From an uncultured Prevotella sp. (GTDB lineage: Bacteria; Bacteroidota; Bacteroidia; Bacteroidales; Bacteroidaceae): a DNA stretch of 64,000 bases. The stretch is taken from contig CAJOPE010000041.1 of NCBI GenBank assembly GCA_905236815.1, positions 15,593 to 79,592 on the forward strand. Direction: 5' to 3'. The notes beneath the pieces were generated by a model. It was not told where the DNA came from, made no database searches, and saw nothing but the letters and a program-made list of their open reading frames with translations. This document shows positions 60,144 to 64,000 of the stretch, piece after piece. The position numbers were made by a program, and so were the translations under genes. How positions within the stretch are numbered: the stretch's first letter is position 1; each line of letters starts with the position of its first letter.

Positions 60144-61538
60144 TTATTTACGCTCTTCAATTTCTCTATTCATCTTATCAATAACCTCATCAGTAAGAGG
60201 ATACTTAAAGATGAGATAACCCACTAAAATAAGAAGAATTGCTGGAATTACACATGTAAACCACAAGATTGCTTCCTGTGCTGTTGCAGTATAGTCAGAA
60301 AGCTTAGGATAATAAGCATTTACAGGTGCACTGATAAATGAAGCAAGGAAAACCACAACAAAGATGCCAAGCATCAACTGCAGACACTTATTTACCTTAA
60401 ATTCCTGGAACATCTCTCCATAAGAAACAGGTTTATCTGGTGTTGTAGCAATACGTTCTTTACAACCCTTGAAGCAAAGCAGCAAAAGGATAAATCCTGC
60501 GATTGCAAAGCAGCATGTGACAACAAACCAAGCCATAGGATCTGTCTGCAAAGCTGACTGCTCGCTTGTCAAGTCGAAGCCAACCAATCCCATAGCCAAT
60601 GGAGTAATCCAACCTGCAATAGAGAAGCCTGCTTTAAATGCGACTCCAGCAAGTGCATTTATGGTAGCAGCCGGACGGTTTCCTGTACGATATTCTGCTT
60701 CTGTGATCACTTCAGGAACAAGAGCCCACATAAGAGAACCAACAAGAAGTCCCACACCTGTCATAACCTTAGCAGTTTGATACAACACCTTACAATCTTC
60801 AACATTTGATACTTTTGGAATAGTATAAAGGATACAGAATCCTACAAAACCAATTGCAAGAAGCAGATAATAAAGTCCCTTCTTACCAAACCATTTCTTC
60901 AACATAGGAAGAGATGGTAAGATAACAAAAGCAGGGATTGTACCAATAGCCATGAATAAAGCTTGGTTCCAATCAATAAAAGCATGAGCAACGATTGCAA
61001 GACCAATAGGGAAACCTGCTTGAACAGTTATCTGACCAATATTAGCACATACCATTCGAGTAGAGGTAAGCTTAAGAACCTCGTCATTATCACGAGTCAT
61101 ACTTGCCATAATAGAAGCATAAGGTATATTTACTACTGAATAGATCATACTCAGCAAAGTATAACTAACTGTAGCATAAACAATCTTCATTGGCATATCC
61201 CAAGCTGCAACTTGAGGAAGCATCAACAAACATGCAGCAACAGTAAGAGGAATACCACCATAAAGAAGGTAGGCACGATACTTACCTATTTTAGGATTTC
61301 GGTTATCAATATATCGTCCCACAATAGGACTCCAAAAGCAGTCAAGGAGTCGTACCGCCAAAATCAATCCACCAACAAAAGCAGGATTAATCTTTAATAC
61401 AGTCGTAAGGTAGAGCATTAAATAGCATGCTACCGTTTGGAAGATTAAATTCTGTGCCAAGTCGCCCGAACCATAGCCGATTCGCTGCATCCAGGACAAT
61501 TTGTAGAAGCCACGAGCTTCATTTTCATTTTGTGTCAT
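60144..61538 (-). CDS. glycoside-pentoside-hexuronide (GPH):cation symporter (MFS)
   Basis: 464 aa, about 12 TM, with N-terminal GYGSGDLAQN pattern. Embedded in the xylanase operon. Confidence 0.85.
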   Translation of the reverse strand: MTQNENEARGFYKLSWMQRIGYGSGDLAQNLIFQTVACYLMLYLTTVLKINPAFVGGLILAVRLLDCFWSPIVGRYIDNRNPKIGKYRAYLLYGGIPLTVAACLLMLPQVAAWDMPMKIVYATVSYTLLSMIYSVVNIPYASIMASMTRDNDEVLKLTSTRMVCANIGQITVQAGFPIGLAIVAHAFIDWNQALFMAIGTIPAFVILPSLPMLKKWFGKKGLYYLLLAIGFVGFCILYTIPKVSNVEDCKVLYQTAKVMTGVGLLVGSLMWALVPEVITEAEYRTGNRPAATINALAGVAFKAGFSIAGWITPLAMGLVGFDLTSEQSALQTDPMAWFVVTCCFAIAGFILLLLCFKGCKERIATTPDKPVSYGEMFQEFKVNKCLQLMLGIFVVVFLASFISAPVNAYYPKLSDYTATAQEAILWFTCVIPAILLILVGYLIFKYPLTDEVIDKMNREIEERK

Positions 61539-61551
61539 GATATAATTATTT

Positions 61552-62727
61552 TTAGTTTTTCAATTTCTTTGCGGCAAACTCGCCCATTACCTCATATCCC
61601 GTTGGGTTGAGATGCAACCAGTCGTCGGAATACTCTTTGCGCAATTTCTGAACATCAGAAGGATCTCTTACCAAGGCATCAAAATCTATGACTTCATCGA
61701 AAGCACCACTGGTTCTAATCCAATCATTCACAGTCTGACGGGCAGCATCATGGAAGTGAGAATACCAACCATTACCTTTAAATGGAGTAATAGTTGCACC
61801 ATATACTTTCAAACCTGCGTCTTTTGCTTTCTTTATTAAAACCTTATAAGATTCTATTAATTCCTTAGCAACAGCCTCTGAATTTCCATTGCTTGTTCCT
61901 ATATCATTAGTTCCTTCGAAAATAATGATTTTATCGATACCCTGTTGTCCTAAGATATCACGGTCAAAACGTATCATTGCAGGCTGGCTCAACCCGCCTC
62001 TAATAACGCAATTTCCCCCAATACCTAAATTCAAAACACCAATCTGGCCATCAAGTGCATCTGAAAGATAATCTGGCCAACGATTCTGTTCATTAGTTGT
62101 GCTACCGCGACCATCTGTAATCGAATTTCCGAGAATAGCGATAGCATGGGTACTTTCATCTTTCAATACTTCCAAGGCAGAAATATTATACCAATGGTCT
62201 AACTTCTCAACAGAGCGAAAAGATTTTCCTGGTTTTACTTCACCCTCGGCAATATACGAAGTTGTACGAGAGCCTCTATGAGAAGTCATATTTACAGGTA
62301 CCTTAGCACCATAGTTGATAGTTATGGAGATTCTAGACAGAGAATCCAAATTGAACTTAAGTTGGTCGGAACAGATAGCCTTTCCCGCAGGAATTACCAC
62401 ATTCTTGCGCTTATTAAATAATACAAACTTAACAGATTTCGTATCAATATCTGACGAGTCCTTTGCATTCGCAATATAAATAGAGCGTATCTCAACCGGC
62501 TCTTTACTAAACTCATTAGATAACTTTAGACGAACAATCTTGTTTCCAAGAGATACTTTCACGATTTCACGCAACGAATGATTCGCTAAATTCGTTTTTG
62601 GCATGTCTCCCTGACCTGTAAATTCAGGAGCTGTAGCCCATGAACCCACCCAGTGATTTGTTTGCGCATTTGCAACAGATGCGGTGAGCAATAAGGCTGT
62701 CAAAAGGTAATATTTTACTTGTTTCAT
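61552..62727 (-). CDS. secreted SGNH/GDSL-family hydrolase (acetyl-xylan-esterase-like)
   Basis: Signal peptide, block I GNSITDG, block III GTND and block V DWLH. Confidence 0.75.
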   Translation of the reverse strand: MKQVKYYLLTALLLTASVANAQTNHWVGSWATAPEFTGQGDMPKTNLANHSLREIVKVSLGNKIVRLKLSNEFSKEPVEIRSIYIANAKDSSDIDTKSVKFVLFNKRKNVVIPAGKAICSDQLKFNLDSLSRISITINYGAKVPVNMTSHRGSRTTSYIAEGEVKPGKSFRSVEKLDHWYNISALEVLKDESTHAIAILGNSITDGRGSTTNEQNRWPDYLSDALDGQIGVLNLGIGGNCVIRGGLSQPAMIRFDRDILGQQGIDKIIIFEGTNDIGTSNGNSEAVAKELIESYKVLIKKAKDAGLKVYGATITPFKGNGWYSHFHDAARQTVNDWIRTSGAFDEVIDFDALVRDPSDVQKLRKEYSDDWLHLNPTGYEVMGEFAAKKLKN

Positions 62728-62747
62728 ACTATTGGTTTTTCATTATG

Positions 62748-62755
62748 CAAATTTA
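62748..62755 (-). promoter_or_regulatory. -7 promoter box for the xylan operon (esterase-symporter-GH10-GH43)
   Basis: TAAATTTG; 20 nt upstream of ATG 62727. Confidence 0.6.
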
Positions 62756-62861
62756 CTCATTCCTTTCTTCTTTTATTATATAATTTGTAACCCAAACATA
62801 TAAATTTGTTTCATCGCCAAGAATTTTAGTTAAATGATTAGGATTTTCAGGAAACAAAAGT

Positions 62862-62869
62862 TAACTTTG
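62862..62869 (+). promoter_or_regulatory. -7 promoter box for the hybrid two-component sensor
   Basis: TAACTTTG; 18 nt upstream of ATG 62888. A second match, TAAATTTG, lies at 62811-62818. Confidence 0.55.
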
Positions 62870-62887
62870 CAATATTAATCTTGAAAT

Positions 62888-64000
62888 ATGAAAATCATTA
62901 GGAACCATCTATTTACTATCATTTGTATGTCTCTTGCTCTTTTAGCATGGGGAGACAGCGGACACCTTTACACTTCAGGCAAGCTATCTAGTAACCTTAT
63001 AAATTGCATCACCCAAGATCCGTATGGTTATATCTGGATAGGAACAGAATATGGGCTTAGTAAATTCGACGGATACAAATTTCACAATTACTATCATAAC
63101 GAAAAAGACACCAATTCAATCATCACCAACACCATCTCTGCTTTTCTTGTAGACAAAAAAGGGAACTTATGGATTGGAAGTGCTAAGGGTATTATGAGAT
63201 ATGACTATATTAACGATGAATTCATAAAATATAGAATGCCTGACCACAGAAAGCCTAGAATTTACTCTATTATTGAAAACAAGAAAGGTGACATTCTTAT
63301 TGGCACTGCAGGCTATGGCTTATATTCCATTAAGAAAGGGAAAAATACAATTATTCACGAAAAAGAATATTCACGCAGAGACTCCGATGTTTTCTTTTCA
63401 CATATATTCGAAGACAACAGAGGAAATTTGTGGCAAGGAAGCCACCTATCTACAATTAGTAGATTCTATAAAAAAGGTAATAATCTGAAAATTCAAGATT
63501 ACCAATCCCTTTATGGACCTCCTGTAAAATATTTCCAAACTAGAAGAAATCTATTACTCATAGTATGCATGTATGGAATCATTCAATATGACTATACAAC
63601 GAACAAACTATCAGATGCGGGATACGACTTTGGAACTTACAAAGGAAGTATCACAATAAACAGTGCCTTGTTCGACTATAAAGGTAACTTATACATTGGC
63701 ACTTCTGAATCTGGTGTATTATACATACCTAGAGGTTCCAAAAAGCTAATTCCTTATACTAATAGAAACAAAGACCATTTTAATCTTTCAGCCTCAAGTG
63801 TTAGTAACATATTTGAAGACAAAGACAATAACCTTTGGATAGGATGCTTCCAAAAAGGATTATACCTTATCAACGATGAAATCGACGCTTTTTCTACTTG
63901 GAGCTTCTCAAATCAAGGATATGATTTAGGAAGTAGCGTATCTTCAATAGCAAGTGGAGATAATGGTACAACTTGGTGTACCGTACAGAATAGTGGAGTT
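62888..64000 (+). CDS. hybrid two-component system sensor/regulator, N-terminal periplasmic propeller part (runs off the right edge)
   Basis: Own translation from ATG 62888, open to position 64000 (371 codons): MKIIRNHLFTIICMS... with repeated two-component-regulator propeller units (YIWIGTEYGLSKFDG, NLWIGSAKGIMRYD, DILIGTAGYGLYS, NLWIGCFQKGLY). Absent from the track because no stop lies in the window. Confidence 0.8.
   Translation, partial: MKIIRNHLFTIICMSLALLAWGDSGHLYTSGKLSSNLINCITQDPYGYIWIGTEYGLSKFDGYKFHNYYHNEKDTNSIITNTISAFLVDKKGNLWIGSAKGIMRYDYINDEFIKYRMPDHRKPRIYSIIENKKGDILIGTAGYGLYSIKKGKNTIIHEKEYSRRDSDVFFSHIFEDNRGNLWQGSHLSTISRFYKKGNNLKIQDYQSLYGPPVKYFQTRRNLLLIVCMYGIIQYDYTTNKLSDAGYDFGTYKGSITINSALFDYKGNLYIGTSESGVLYIPRGSKKLIPYTNRNKDHFNLSASSVSNIFEDKDNNLWIGCFQKGLYLINDEIDAFSTWSFSNQGYDLGSSVSSIASGDNGTTWCTVQNSGV

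Overview
The window looks like a core chromosomal region of a Bacteroidota genome, probably Prevotella/Segatella-like. That judgement rests on gene content, the Bacteroides-type TAnnTTTG promoter boxes and the absence of Shine-Dalgarno sequences. All product names come from my reading of motifs in the supplied translations; no database search was run.

I call about 53 protein genes, nearly all housekeeping:
- a partial PfkB kinase, pta-ackA, cdaA-folP, murF and a ThiF/MoeB-like gene
- a ComEA-like gene, two tandem NSS transporters, VanZ and CYTH
- prfB, an acyl-CoA ligase and an M20 hydrolase
- a dut-TPR-DUF4292-EnvC-like operon, dgt, and a GlsB/GlsA-like lipid acyltransferase pair
- a complete dcw cluster (mraZ-rsmH-ftsL-ftsI-murE-mraY-murD-ftsW-murG-murC-ftsQ-ftsA-ftsZ)
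- yqeY, recO, tRNA-Glu-rpsT and gyrB
- glycan genes: GH95, an AraC regulator, ung, gpmI, a CE1-like esterase and GH3
- a xylan locus (SGNH esterase, GPH symporter, GH10, GH43) with a divergent hybrid two-component sensor that runs off the right edge

There are three tRNAs (Phe, Pro, Glu), 22 exact -7 promoter boxes and several intrinsic terminators. I see no defence, toxin, phage, integrase, transposase or CRISPR-cas genes.

The unexplained signal is non-coding:
- A roughly 290-300 bp nested inverted-repeat element occurs three times (6830-7120, 26462-26755, 43226-43526). Its arms are invariant while its variable parts keep a fixed length.
- Each copy has a 61-bp module of three 22-bp palindromic units nearby.
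- A repeat-dense, gene-free tRNA island (6829-8525) also holds a 22-bp x ~11 array and a 23-bp x 4 palindromic array.
- An ORF-free, G-depleted 1.2-kb region lies upstream of mraZ.

Several ORF-track starts are TTG/GTG artefacts that fall inside promoter boxes; I corrected them.
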